Assembly: GCA_963792875.1 (NCBI GenBank) | Contig: CAWBXV010000007.1 | Location: 48,361-112,360 of the forward strand | Direction of reading: 5' to 3' | Source of the DNA: an uncultured Gammaproteobacteria bacterium | GTDB lineage: Bacteria > Pseudomonadota > Gammaproteobacteria > Pseudomonadales > JAHEGP01 | Length of the DNA stretch: 64,000 nt | Shown here: piece after piece, positions 48,597 to 57,556 of the stretch | Layout: each line of letters begins with the position of its first letter | How positions within the stretch are numbered: position 1 is the stretch's first letter | Position numbers and translations under genes: made by a program | The notes under the pieces: model-generated | What the model was told of the DNA's origin: nothing | Seen by the model: only the letters and a program-made list of their open reading frames with translations | Databases searched by the model: none

Positions 48597-50372
48597 ATGG
48601 ATTGGCAGGGTTGGTTTACGATCGCGGTGGTGGCGGCGGTATTGATCACCCTGATCAGCCTGCCGCGCCTGAGTTCAGACCTGGTGCTGATGGCCGCCCT
48701 GCTGCTGCTGAGCCTCAGCGGCATCCTGACGCCGGAACAGGCGCTGGCGGGCTTCGCCAACCCCGGGCTGATGACCGTGGCGGCGATGTTCGTCATCGCC
48801 GCCGGCATCCGCGCCAGCGGCGGCGTCGATCTCATCGTCCACCGCGGCCTCGGGCGGCCCACCAGCCAGCGCAGGGCGCTGGTCAGGCTGATGGTGCCGG
48901 TGATCGCCGTGTCGGGCTTCCTCAACAACACGCCCGTGGTCGCCACGATGATCCCGGCCGTCAGCCGCTGGGCCCGCCTGATCCGGCTGCCGAACTCGGC
49001 CCTGATGATACCGCTCAGCTACGCGTCCATCCTCGGCGGCACCCTGACCATGATCGGTACCAGCACCAACCTGGTGATCAACGGCCAGTACCAGGCGCTG
49101 ACGGGTCACGCCGGCTTCGGGCTGTTCGCACTCACGCCGCTGGGCCTGGTCATCGCCGCGGCCGGTTTGCTGTTCGTCGTGGGCTGCGGCCCCCTGCTGC
49201 TGCCGGTCCGCCGCAGCCCCGAGGAGACCTTTGCCGATACGCGCAACTTCACCTTCGAGGTGGCGGTGGCGCGCGATGGCCCCCTGACGGGCCGGAGCAT
49301 CCAGCAGGCCGGCCTGCGCCACCTGCAGCGCATCTACCTGGCGGAAATCGAGCGCGAGGGCCGCATCATCACCGCCGTGGCGCCAGACGAAATCCTGCGT
49401 GGCGGCGATCGCCTGGTGTTCGTCGGCGACACCGACGCCATTGTCGACCTCCTGCGCATCAACGGGCTGGTGCCCGCGGTGGGCAGCCAGCCCGCACTCG
49501 AGCGCCATGTGCCCGAGCGGCGCCTGGTGGAGGCCGTCATCGCACCCCACTGCGAGATCGTCGGCACGACTATTCGCGAGGGGGGCTTCCGCGACCGCTA
49601 CGGCGCCGTGGTGCTGGCGGTGGCGCGCAACGGCAGGCACATTCGGGGGCGGCTGAGTTCCATCATCCTGGCCCCCGGCGACGTCCTGCTGCTGGAAGCG
49701 CGCCCCGCCGTAGTGGGGCGGCTGAAGCGATCGCGCGATTTCCTGCTGATCAGCGAACTCGATCACGATCTGCCGGACCATAGCCGCGCCTGGCTGGCGT
49801 GGGGCATTCTCGCCGCCGTCATGGCGTTGGCCACCACCGGCCTCACCAGCATGCTCAATGCCGCACTGCTCGGGGCGGCGCTGATGCTGCTGACGCGCTG
49901 CCTCCAGGTCGGCGACGCCCGCCGCAGCCTGGACCTGCCGGTGCTGATCACCATCGCCGCCAGCTTTGCCCTGGGCAAGGGGCTGGAAGCCAGCGGCGCG
50001 GCCGCCTACCTGGGTTCCGGTCTGATCGTCGTCGCGGGCGACAACCCCTGGCTGCTGCTGGGCGCCACCTACGTCAGCGTCATGGTGCTGACCGAATTGA
50101 TCACCAATAACGCGGCAGCCCTGATGATGCTGCCGGTGGTACTGGCCGTGACCCACCGCTGCGGCCTCAACGACGCGCCCTACGTGATGGCGGTGATGGT
50201 GGCTGCCTCGGCGAGCTTCTCGACGCCGATCGGCTACCAGTGCAACCTGATGGTCTCCGGCCCCGGCGGCTATCGCTTCACGGACTTTCTGCGCATCGGC
50301 CTGCCCATGAACCTGATGATGGCCGCCGTCAGCATCGCGGCAATACCGCTGCTGTGGCCGCTGTCGCCCTGA
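48597..50372 (+). CDS. SLC13/DASS-family permease with central TrkA-C (RCK_C) domains
   Basis: ATG 48597 lies 6 nt after GAGG. It has multiple TM segments, two RCK_C-like inserts (LTGRSIQQAGLR..., IVGTTIREGGFRDRYGAVVLAVARNG) and a C-terminal SLC13 signature, SASFSTPIGYQCNLMV. Confidence 0.85.
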   Translation: MDWQGWFTIAVVAAVLITLISLPRLSSDLVLMAALLLLSLSGILTPEQALAGFANPGLMTVAAMFVIAAGIRASGGVDLIVHRGLGRPTSQRRALVRLMVPVIAVSGFLNNTPVVATMIPAVSRWARLIRLPNSALMIPLSYASILGGTLTMIGTSTNLVINGQYQALTGHAGFGLFALTPLGLVIAAAGLLFVVGCGPLLLPVRRSPEETFADTRNFTFEVAVARDGPLTGRSIQQAGLRHLQRIYLAEIEREGRIITAVAPDEILRGGDRLVFVGDTDAIVDLLRINGLVPAVGSQPALERHVPERRLVEAVIAPHCEIVGTTIREGGFRDRYGAVVLAVARNGRHIRGRLSSIILAPGDVLLLEARPAVVGRLKRSRDFLLISELDHDLPDHSRAWLAWGILAAVMALATTGLTSMLNAALLGAALMLLTRCLQVGDARRSLDLPVLITIAASFALGKGLEASGAAAYLGSGLIVVAGDNPWLLLGATYVSVMVLTELITNNAAALMMLPVVLAVTHRCGLNDAPYVMAVMVAASASFSTPIGYQCNLMVSGPGGYRFTDFLRIGLPMNLMMAAVSIAAIPLLWPLSP

Positions 50373-50594
50373 GCGATAGCGGCTCCAGGAAGGCGGGCTC
50401 TGGGCGCGGCGCCTCGATGCGTCGCTCGGGCGCTGCGGTGAGCCGCGCCAGGCGTGAACTCCGGCTGGTGGATTCTGTGCGGGGAGATGGGGGCCGACCA
50501 CCAGATCGAGCGCGTACTGCTGGCTTGTGCAACGACGCGACGCTGCGGGACGGCCCCATAGCAGTCTACTGCGTTAGGTGATATCCCGGCGGGC

Positions 50595-50861
50595 TCAGTG
50601 CTTCTGCCACCGCCTGTTGGCATCGTCGGGGTCTTCAGACTCCAGTTCTTCCTCCTCTTGTTCGTAGTATTCGTCCTGAGCAGACCCCGCATCGGGACTC
50701 GATGCCTCATCCCGGGTGTTCGGGCCAGGCTTCGTCACTTCCTTGGCATCATCGGGTACCGGGTCATGCCGGTAGGGCTTGTCTGCGGCGGCTATCGGAC
50801 CAGCGGTGAACAGCATCAGCACGAGACTGGCGAGGAGCAAACGTCGTGGTTGTTGCGACAT
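50595..50861 (-). CDS. Small secreted acidic protein (88 aa), hypothetical
   Basis: GGGAGG lies upstream of ATG 50861. The signal peptide is RRLLLASLVLMLFTAGPIAAA. The tail is highly acidic (EYYEQEEEELESEDPDD). Local GC is lower. Confidence 0.5.
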   Translation of the reverse strand: MSQQPRRLLLASLVLMLFTAGPIAAADKPYRHDPVPDDAKEVTKPGPNTRDEASSPDAGSAQDEYYEQEEEELESEDPDDANRRWQKH

Positions 50862-51255
50862 CGTTAAACCTCCCTTTTGCCTTATTGACAGGACGCGAAA
50901 CTTTCGCACCCTCGCCATGATCTTGCTCTCGAGCCCCCCGGGTGTCAACGCAGCATCTTGACAACCGACGCGCTGCACTGTAGCCCCTCCACCGGTGCAG
51001 CGGTCGATACCTCCCTGAAGCACGGCCCGACCATGGCCTGCCCGCGTCATGAACTAGTGCGGCGATGTTACACAGCGTTCAACCGGCCGGACACCACGCA
51101 GCGTGGTCTGAAGGATAAAGCAACGCCCTCTGTAATTTCGTCGATCCCCTCGCCCCGGTTACTCCCGCTTCATCGTCAGACAGGCGCGGCCGGTCAGCCA
51201 CTCCTCCGAGGCCTCCATCGCGACTGCGCTCACCGGGCGCAGGCAGGAGGCCTGC

Positions 51256-51540
51256 ATGCCCACCAGACAAATCATGGATGATGTCGCTGTGCCGGTCAGC
51301 CCGGCTTCTGAGCGTTTTCTGGATCAGATCAGGGTCTATCATGCGCTCCCGCAATAGGGACCAGGCCACTGAAAAGACCGATGTTTCGTGGATTCGTCGC
51401 TAGCTCTTTTCCGCGACCATCAGCATCCCGGGGATAGGGGCGCCGCCGCAATTGAAACCTGTCTGGTATTGCTGAGGGCCCCCAGCAGCAAGGCGCAGTG
51501 CGGCCGCCACGCCGGGGCGCGCTGCACGCCATCGGGCCCG
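51256..51540 (+). pseudogene. Decayed N-terminal fragment of an integron-integrase-like tyrosine recombinase
   Basis: AGGAGG precedes ATG 51256. Three frame segments read ...ERFLDQIRVYH / RSRNRDQATEKTDVSWIRR(stop) / ALFRDHQHPGDRGAAAIETCLVLL. These align with the IntI-type N-terminal pattern LDQVR..IR..HYS.RTEKAYV.WIRR.I.FH..RHP.DMG..E.E.FL..L. Stops occur at 51355 and 51401. No catalytic domain follows. Confidence 0.55.
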
Positions 51541-51580
51541 CGCGTCTGTCGCCCCGGGACTTGGCCGCCGACGCGAGCAG

Positions 51581-53810
51581 GTGCCGACGCCAGGGCTGAA
51601 CCCCGGACCTGCAGATGGTAGACTAGCCGGCGGACATCACGGGAGCGAGGAGTCAATCATTCCGGCAGAGCATAGCGGCAGCCTGCATATCTGCATGCTG
51701 AGCATTCATGGACTGATCCGCGCCAACGACCTGGAACTGGGCCGCGACGCGGACACGGGCGGCCAGACCAAATACGTGGTGGATCTCGCCAGGGCGCTGT
51801 GCAGGCACCCGGACGTGGCGCAGGTGTCCCTGGTCACCCGCCTCATCCGCGACCGCGCCGTGGGGCCGAGCTACGCGCGCCGGGAGGAACCGCTGGGCGA
51901 CGGCGCCAGCATCATCCGCATCCCCTGCGGCCCCGATGACTACCTCCCCAAAGAACAGCTCTGGGATCATCTGGACAGTTTTACCGACAACCTGATGCAC
52001 TGGCTGCAGCGCCAGGCCCACATGCCGACGGTGGTGCACAGCCACTATGCCGATGCGGGCTATGTGGGTGTGCGCCTGTCCAACCTGCTGGGAGTACCCC
52101 TGGTCCACACCGGCCACTCCCTGGGCAGGGACAAACGCAAACGCCTGCTGGCCCGGGGTATCGGCCGGGAACAGATCGCCCGGACTTACAATATCGACCG
52201 CCGCATCGACGCGGAGGAGGACGTGCTCGCCAATGCCGACCTGGTGATCACCAGCACCCATAACGAGATGGAGGAACAGTACGGCCTTTACAACTACTAC
52301 GATCCGGGCCGCATGGTCGTCATCCCGCCGGGCACGGATCTCGAGCAGTTCAAGCCCGCCCAGCCCGGTGAGCAGATCGCGTTCAGGGCGCAGGTCGACC
52401 GCTTCCTGGCGAACCCCGGCAAGCCGCTCATCCTGGCACTCTCGCGGGCGGACGAGCGCAAGAACCTCGCCGCGCTGATCGAGGCCTTCGGCGAGTCACC
52501 GGCACTGCAGGACGCGGCCAACCTGCTGATCGTCGCCGGCAATCGCACGGACATCAGGGACCTGGACAGCGGGCCGCAGTCCGTGCTGACGGACCTGTTG
52601 CTGGTGCTGGACGCCTATGACCTGTACGGGCGGGTTGCGCTGCCCAAGCACCACCGCCCGGAGGAGGTGCCGCAGATCTACCGCATGGTCGCCGCCGGGC
52701 GCGGCGTCTTCATCAATCCCGCCCTGACGGAGCCCTTCGGGCTGACGCTGCTGGAGGCGGCGGCGACCGGCCTGCCGCTGGTGGCGACGGAGAACGGTGG
52801 CCCGACAGACATCATCCGCAATTGCCAGTGCGGCGAGCTGATCGACCCCCTGGACAAGGCACAGATGGCCACGGCCCTGCTCAAATACCTCAACAGCGAC
52901 AGCGAATGGCAGCGGGCTTCGGCCAACGGTATCAGGCGCGTGCGCGAACTCTACTCCTGGCAGACCCACGCCAGCGCCTATGTCGAAAAAATCAGCGGCC
53001 TGGCGGACAGGTACACCCCGCTCACCAGCGCCCCGCCGCTGCCGCGCGCGCTGCGCTATCGCGACCGCAGCATCGTCACCGACCTCGACCAGACCCTGAT
53101 CGGCGATGACGCAGCCCTGGCAGAACTGCTGGGCCTGCTGCGCGAGCACCGCAAGGACGTCTCCTTCGCCATCGCCACCGGCAGGCGCATCGATGCCGCG
53201 CTGGCGCTGATGAAGAAACACGGCATACCCACTCCCGACATCTTCATCACCAGCCTGGGCACGCGCATTCAATACGGCCAGGCGCTGACCGAGGATAAGG
53301 TGTGGACGGACCATATCGACCAGCACTGGTCGGCCCGGCGGGTCAGGCTCGCGCTGTCGCGGGTGCCCGGGCTCGTCCCGCAGGAACAGCGGCACCAGAC
53401 GCCGTTCAAGATTTCCTACTATTATGACTGCCACGAGGCACCCTCGCTGGACGAGCTCAATACACTGCTCAGGCAACAGGAGATCACGGCCAATGTCGAT
53501 CCTGTCCTTCGGCCAGTTCCTCGATGTGATACCGGCCCGCGCATCCAAGGGCCAGGCACTGCGCTATGTCGCACAGCGCCTGGAGATACCCCTGGAGCAG
53601 ATACTGGTGGCCGGGGGCTCGGGCGCGGACGAGGATATGATGCGCGGCAATACGCTCGCCGTGGTGGTGCGGAATCGCCACCCCGAGGAGCTTTCGGCGC
53701 TGGCGCCGGTGGATCGCATTTTCTTCGCGCGGCAATCCCATGCGGCGGGAATTCTGGAGGCGATCGAGCATTATGATTTCTTCGGCCAGTCCCGGGTGCA
53801 CCATGCCTGA
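51581..53810 (+). pseudogene. sps: Sucrose-phosphate synthase (GT4 domain plus C-terminal SPP-like HAD domain), with the frame broken by one extra nucleotide near 53498
   Basis: The N-terminus is SIHGLIRANDLELGRDADTGGQTKYVVDLARAL. The GT-B core reads INPALTEPFGLTLLEAAATGLPLVATENGGP. After ...QQEITANV the product continues only in the +1 frame (ILSFGQFLDVIPARASKGQALRYVA...), which is ORF 53424..53810. The start codon is uncertain: ATG 51581 gives a ~35-aa unconserved extension. Confidence 0.8.
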
Positions 53811-54660
53811 ACAGCTGCTATTGTGCACCGACCTGGACCGCACCCTGATTCCCAACGGTCCCCAGCCGGAATCGCCGGCGGCGCGCGATCACTTCGCCCG
53901 GCTCGCCGCCGACCCCCGGGTGCTGCTGGCCTATGTCACGGGGCGCCACCGGCAGCTGGTGGAGGACGCGCTGGCGCAGTGCCGGCTGCCGGTGCCGGAC
54001 TTCGTCATCGCCGATGTCGGCACCAGCCTCTACCGTGTGACCTCCGGCTCACACTGGCGCCTGGATGCGGACTGGGACCGGCAGATAGGCCAGGACTGGA
54101 ACGGCAGGCTGAACAGCGACCTGCAGGCCATGCTCGGCGACATCCCGGGCCTGCGCCCGCAGGAAAACGCCAAGCAGAACCGCCACAAAGTGAGCTACTA
54201 CGTGGCGCTGGACAGCGACCGGGCGGCGCTCGAGCTGGCCATCAACCAGCGCTTGCGGGCGCAGGCCGTGCGCGCGCGGCTGATCTGGAGCGTGGACGAA
54301 CCGGCGGCCATCGGCCTGCTCGACATACTGCCCTGGAGCGCCAGCAAATACCACGCGCTGGCCGCGCTGCAGCGCTTCGAGGGTTTTACCGATGACGACA
54401 CGGTCTTCAGCGGCGACAGCGGCAACGATATCGAGGTGCTCGCCAGCTCGATACCCGCGGTACTGGTGGCCAACAGTGAGGCCGCGGTGCGGGCGCAGGC
54501 GCGGCGCCAGGCCGAGGCCGGGGGCAACGCCGGCCGCCTGTATATCGCCCGCGGCGATTTCTACGGCATGAACGGCAACTACAGCGCCGGGATCCTGGAG
54601 GGCATCGCTCACTATCATCCCGACCTGCTGTCCTGGATGGGACTGGAGACCATGACATGA
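53803..54660 (+). CDS. spp: Sucrose-phosphate phosphatase-type HAD-IIB hydrolase
   Basis: ATG 53803 overlaps the sps stop (ATGCCTGA). HAD motif I is LLLCTDLDRTLI. It also has ILPWSASKYHAL and SGDSGNDIEVL. Confidence 0.8.
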   Translation: MPEQLLLCTDLDRTLIPNGPQPESPAARDHFARLAADPRVLLAYVTGRHRQLVEDALAQCRLPVPDFVIADVGTSLYRVTSGSHWRLDADWDRQIGQDWNGRLNSDLQAMLGDIPGLRPQENAKQNRHKVSYYVALDSDRAALELAINQRLRAQAVRARLIWSVDEPAAIGLLDILPWSASKYHALAALQRFEGFTDDDTVFSGDSGNDIEVLASSIPAVLVANSEAAVRAQARRQAEAGGNAGRLYIARGDFYGMNGNYSAGILEGIAHYHPDLLSWMGLETMT

Positions 54661-55538
54661 GCAATGAGCCGTCGCTGTACATTTTTGGCGAGGTGCTGTT
54701 CGACCATTTCCCGGACGGCAGCCGGGTACTGGGTGGCGCGCCGTTCAATGTGGCCTGGCACCTGCAGGCCTTCGGCCAGTCGCCCGAAATGATCAGCCGG
54801 GTGGGCTGCGACCCGGAGGGCGAGCAGGTCCGCGCCGCCATGGCCGACTGGGGCCTCACTACCCGCCACCTGCAGACGGACCCGCTGCGGCCGACCGGCC
54901 GGGTAGCGGTGACGTTCAGAGACGGCGAACCCGCCTACGACATCGTCGCCGACTGCGCCTACGATCACATCGAACCGGCGCCCACGGGAGACTGCGCGCT
55001 GCTCTACCACGGCAGCCTCGCAGCCCGGGCGGCGACCTCTGCCAACACCCTGCGGCAGCTGCGGGCCAGCGCCCCGCGCACGGTCTTCATCGACGTCAAC
55101 CTGCGCCCGCCCTGGTGGCAGCCGGCAGCGCTGCACGAGTTGCTGACTGGCGCGGACTGGGTGAAGCTGAACAGCGACGAGCTGCAGGCACTGACCGGCA
55201 CCACCGCCTCAGCGGCAACCGGCCGCGCGTTCCTGGAGCGCTTTGGCCTGCAGGGCCTGCTGGTCACGCAGGGCGCCAGCGGTGCGCAGCTGCTGCTGGC
55301 GGGAGGCGGGTGCCTGCAGGTGGCGCCGCCGTCAGATACCGAGGTGGTGGACACCGTCGGCGCCGGCGATGCCTTCGCAGCGGTGATGCTGCTGGGACTG
55401 TCGCTGGAGTGGCCGCTGGACCTCGCGCTGGAGCGAGCGCAGCAGTTCGCCGCGGCGGTGGTCGAGCGCCGTGGCGCGACCGTGGCAGAGCGCGATTTCT
55501 ACCGGACATTCTGCCGCCGCTGGCAGCTGTCGGCATAA
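54657..55538 (+). CDS. PfkB-family sugar kinase (fructokinase)
   Basis: It carries GEVLFD...GGAPFNVA and the C-terminal DTVGAGDAF motif. Its start overlaps the spp stop (ATGA). Confidence 0.85.
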   Translation: MSNEPSLYIFGEVLFDHFPDGSRVLGGAPFNVAWHLQAFGQSPEMISRVGCDPEGEQVRAAMADWGLTTRHLQTDPLRPTGRVAVTFRDGEPAYDIVADCAYDHIEPAPTGDCALLYHGSLAARAATSANTLRQLRASAPRTVFIDVNLRPPWWQPAALHELLTGADWVKLNSDELQALTGTTASAATGRAFLERFGLQGLLVTQGASGAQLLLAGGGCLQVAPPSDTEVVDTVGAGDAFAAVMLLGLSLEWPLDLALERAQQFAAAVVERRGATVAERDFYRTFCRRWQLSA

Positions 55539-55555
55539 GGGGACAGAGGGCTGCC

Positions 55556-57511
55556 ATGTACGAGCAACAGTCGCATTACCTGCTGAACAGCATTCTCGAC
55601 CAGCTGAAGCCGGAGATCCGCAAGCGTGACCTGCGCCATTTCTACACCCGCCTGGGCGCCAATTTCTATGCGATCCACAACCTGTTCCAGGGGCTCTACG
55701 GTCATCGCGAGGATTTCCAGGAGCAGCTGCTGCGCGTCGTCAGCGTCATGGCGACCCGGTATATCGCCCGCGGGCCGGCGCTGAAGGCGCTGGATGGCGC
55801 ACGCGAGCGGGATCACGACTGGTTTCTCAGCCAGGAGCTGGTGGGAATGGCCCTGTACCTGGACGGTTTTGCCGGCGACCTGACCGGGCTGCGCGGCAAA
55901 CTGCACTATCTGCAGGAACTGGGCGTCAATCTGGTCCATGTCATGCCCATCCTGGAATGCCCCCCCGGCGCCAGCGATGGCGGCTACGCGGTCAGTGACT
56001 TCCGCAATATCAATGCCCGTGCCGGCAGCATGGAAGACCTGGAGACGCTCGCCGCGGACCTGCGCCGCCGGCAGATGCTCCTGACGCTGGATGTGGTGGT
56101 CAACCACACCTCGGACCAGCACGAATGGGCGCAGCGCGCGCGCCAGGGAGACGCCGCGTACCAGGACTACTACTATATCTTCGAAAACCGGGATATCCCC
56201 GATCTGTTCGAGGAGACGCTGCCGGAGATTTTTCCCGAGACGGCGCCGGGCAATTTCACCTTCGACGAGACCATGAAGCGCTGGGTGATGACGGTGTTCA
56301 ACCGCTACCAGTGGGACCTCAACTACGGCAATCCCGCCGTGTTCATCGAAATGCTCGACATCATCCTGTTCTGGGCCAACCGGGGCGCCGACATCGTGCG
56401 CCTGGACGCGGTGGCCTTCCTGTGGAAGAAGATCGGCACCACCTCGCAGAACGAGCGGGAGGCGCACCTGATCCTGCAGCTGTTCAAGGACTGCTGCCAG
56501 GTCACGGCGCCGGGAGTGCTGTTCATTGCCGAGGCCATCGTGGCACCGGTGGAAATCATCAAGTACTTCGGCGAGGACGCGGTGATCGCCAAGGAGTGCG
56601 AAATCGCCTACAACGCCACCTTCATGGCGTTGCTGTGGGACGCCCTGGCCACCAAGAACGCGAAACTGCTCAACCAGGGCATCAGCAGCCTGCCGGACAA
56701 GCTGGACCATGCCACCTGGCTGAATTATGCCCGCTGCCATGACGACATCGGCCTTGGCTTCGACGACGCGGATATCCGCGCCGTCGGCTACGAGCCAAGT
56801 GCCCACCGGCGCTTCCTGATCGACTACTACACCGGCGCCTACGACGACTCGCCAGCGCGGGGCAGACCCTTCGGCAGCAACAGCAAAACCGGCGACGCCC
56901 GCATTTCGGGCTCGCTGGCCTCGCTGGCCGGTCTCGAGACCGCGCTGCAGCAGGGTGACGATGCCGCGGTGCAGCGCAGTATTGACCAGATACTGCTGCT
57001 GCACAGCCTGATCATGTCGTTCGGTGGCATCCCGCTGATCTATTACGGCGACGAACTCGGCACCCTGAACAACGAGAACTTCATCCAGGACGCCGACAAG
57101 GCACACGACTCGCGCTGGCTCCACCGCCCGCAGTACGACTGGGAGCGGGCGGAGCTGCGCCATCAGCGGGGCAGCGTCGAGCAGCGCATATTCGATGGGC
57201 TCAGACAGATGATTGCCGTGCGCAAATCCATCGGGGCCATGGCCGATTTCAATAACCGGGAGCTCATCGACGTGGGCAATCCCCACCTGTTCGTGTTTAC
57301 CCGCTCTCACCCTGAAGTAGAAATGCAGTCAGTGCTGGTGGTGACCAATTTCAACGACCGCCCGGAGCACTTCAACCTGCGGGACCTGCGCAACCGCTGC
57401 CGCTTCGAGGTGGGCGAACTGCACGACAAGGTCAGCGGCGTCTCCCCCGCCCGCTTCAACGACCAGGTGGTCATCCCCGCCTACGGCTATTACTGGCTGA
57501 TGTGTGCATGA
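55556..57511 (+). CDS. ams: Amylosucrase (GH13 sucrose glucosyltransferase)
   Basis: Start is ATG 55556. It is colinear with Neisseria amylosucrase (SDGGYAVSDFR, VVNHTSDQHEWAQ, FQWDLNYGNP, DIVRLDAVAFLWK, FIAEAIV, YARCHDDIG, LIYYGDELGTLN). Confidence 0.85.
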   Translation: MYEQQSHYLLNSILDQLKPEIRKRDLRHFYTRLGANFYAIHNLFQGLYGHREDFQEQLLRVVSVMATRYIARGPALKALDGARERDHDWFLSQELVGMALYLDGFAGDLTGLRGKLHYLQELGVNLVHVMPILECPPGASDGGYAVSDFRNINARAGSMEDLETLAADLRRRQMLLTLDVVVNHTSDQHEWAQRARQGDAAYQDYYYIFENRDIPDLFEETLPEIFPETAPGNFTFDETMKRWVMTVFNRYQWDLNYGNPAVFIEMLDIILFWANRGADIVRLDAVAFLWKKIGTTSQNEREAHLILQLFKDCCQVTAPGVLFIAEAIVAPVEIIKYFGEDAVIAKECEIAYNATFMALLWDALATKNAKLLNQGISSLPDKLDHATWLNYARCHDDIGLGFDDADIRAVGYEPSAHRRFLIDYYTGAYDDSPARGRPFGSNSKTGDARISGSLASLAGLETALQQGDDAAVQRSIDQILLLHSLIMSFGGIPLIYYGDELGTLNNENFIQDADKAHDSRWLHRPQYDWERAELRHQRGSVEQRIFDGLRQMIAVRKSIGAMADFNNRELIDVGNPHLFVFTRSHPEVEMQSVLVVTNFNDRPEHFNLRDLRNRCRFEVGELHDKVSGVSPARFNDQVVIPAYGYYWLMCA

Positions 57512-57556
57512 GCTGCCGCGACCACGCGGCGGCACCCGCTCCGCTGGCCCACCCGC

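Noticed and set aside
51079-51369. A 96-aa minus-strand ORF (MAWSLLRERMIDPDLIQK...).
   Set aside because: It is antisense to the integrase-like relic, whose plus-strand frames carry the recognisable conserved pattern. It has no start context of its own.
55115-55555. An N-terminal extension that turns amylosucrase into a 798-aa ORF.
   Set aside because: The extension overlaps the 3' half of the fructokinase gene in another frame and is Arg/Ala/Gly-rich nonsense. Conserved amylosucrase sequence begins at ATG 55556.
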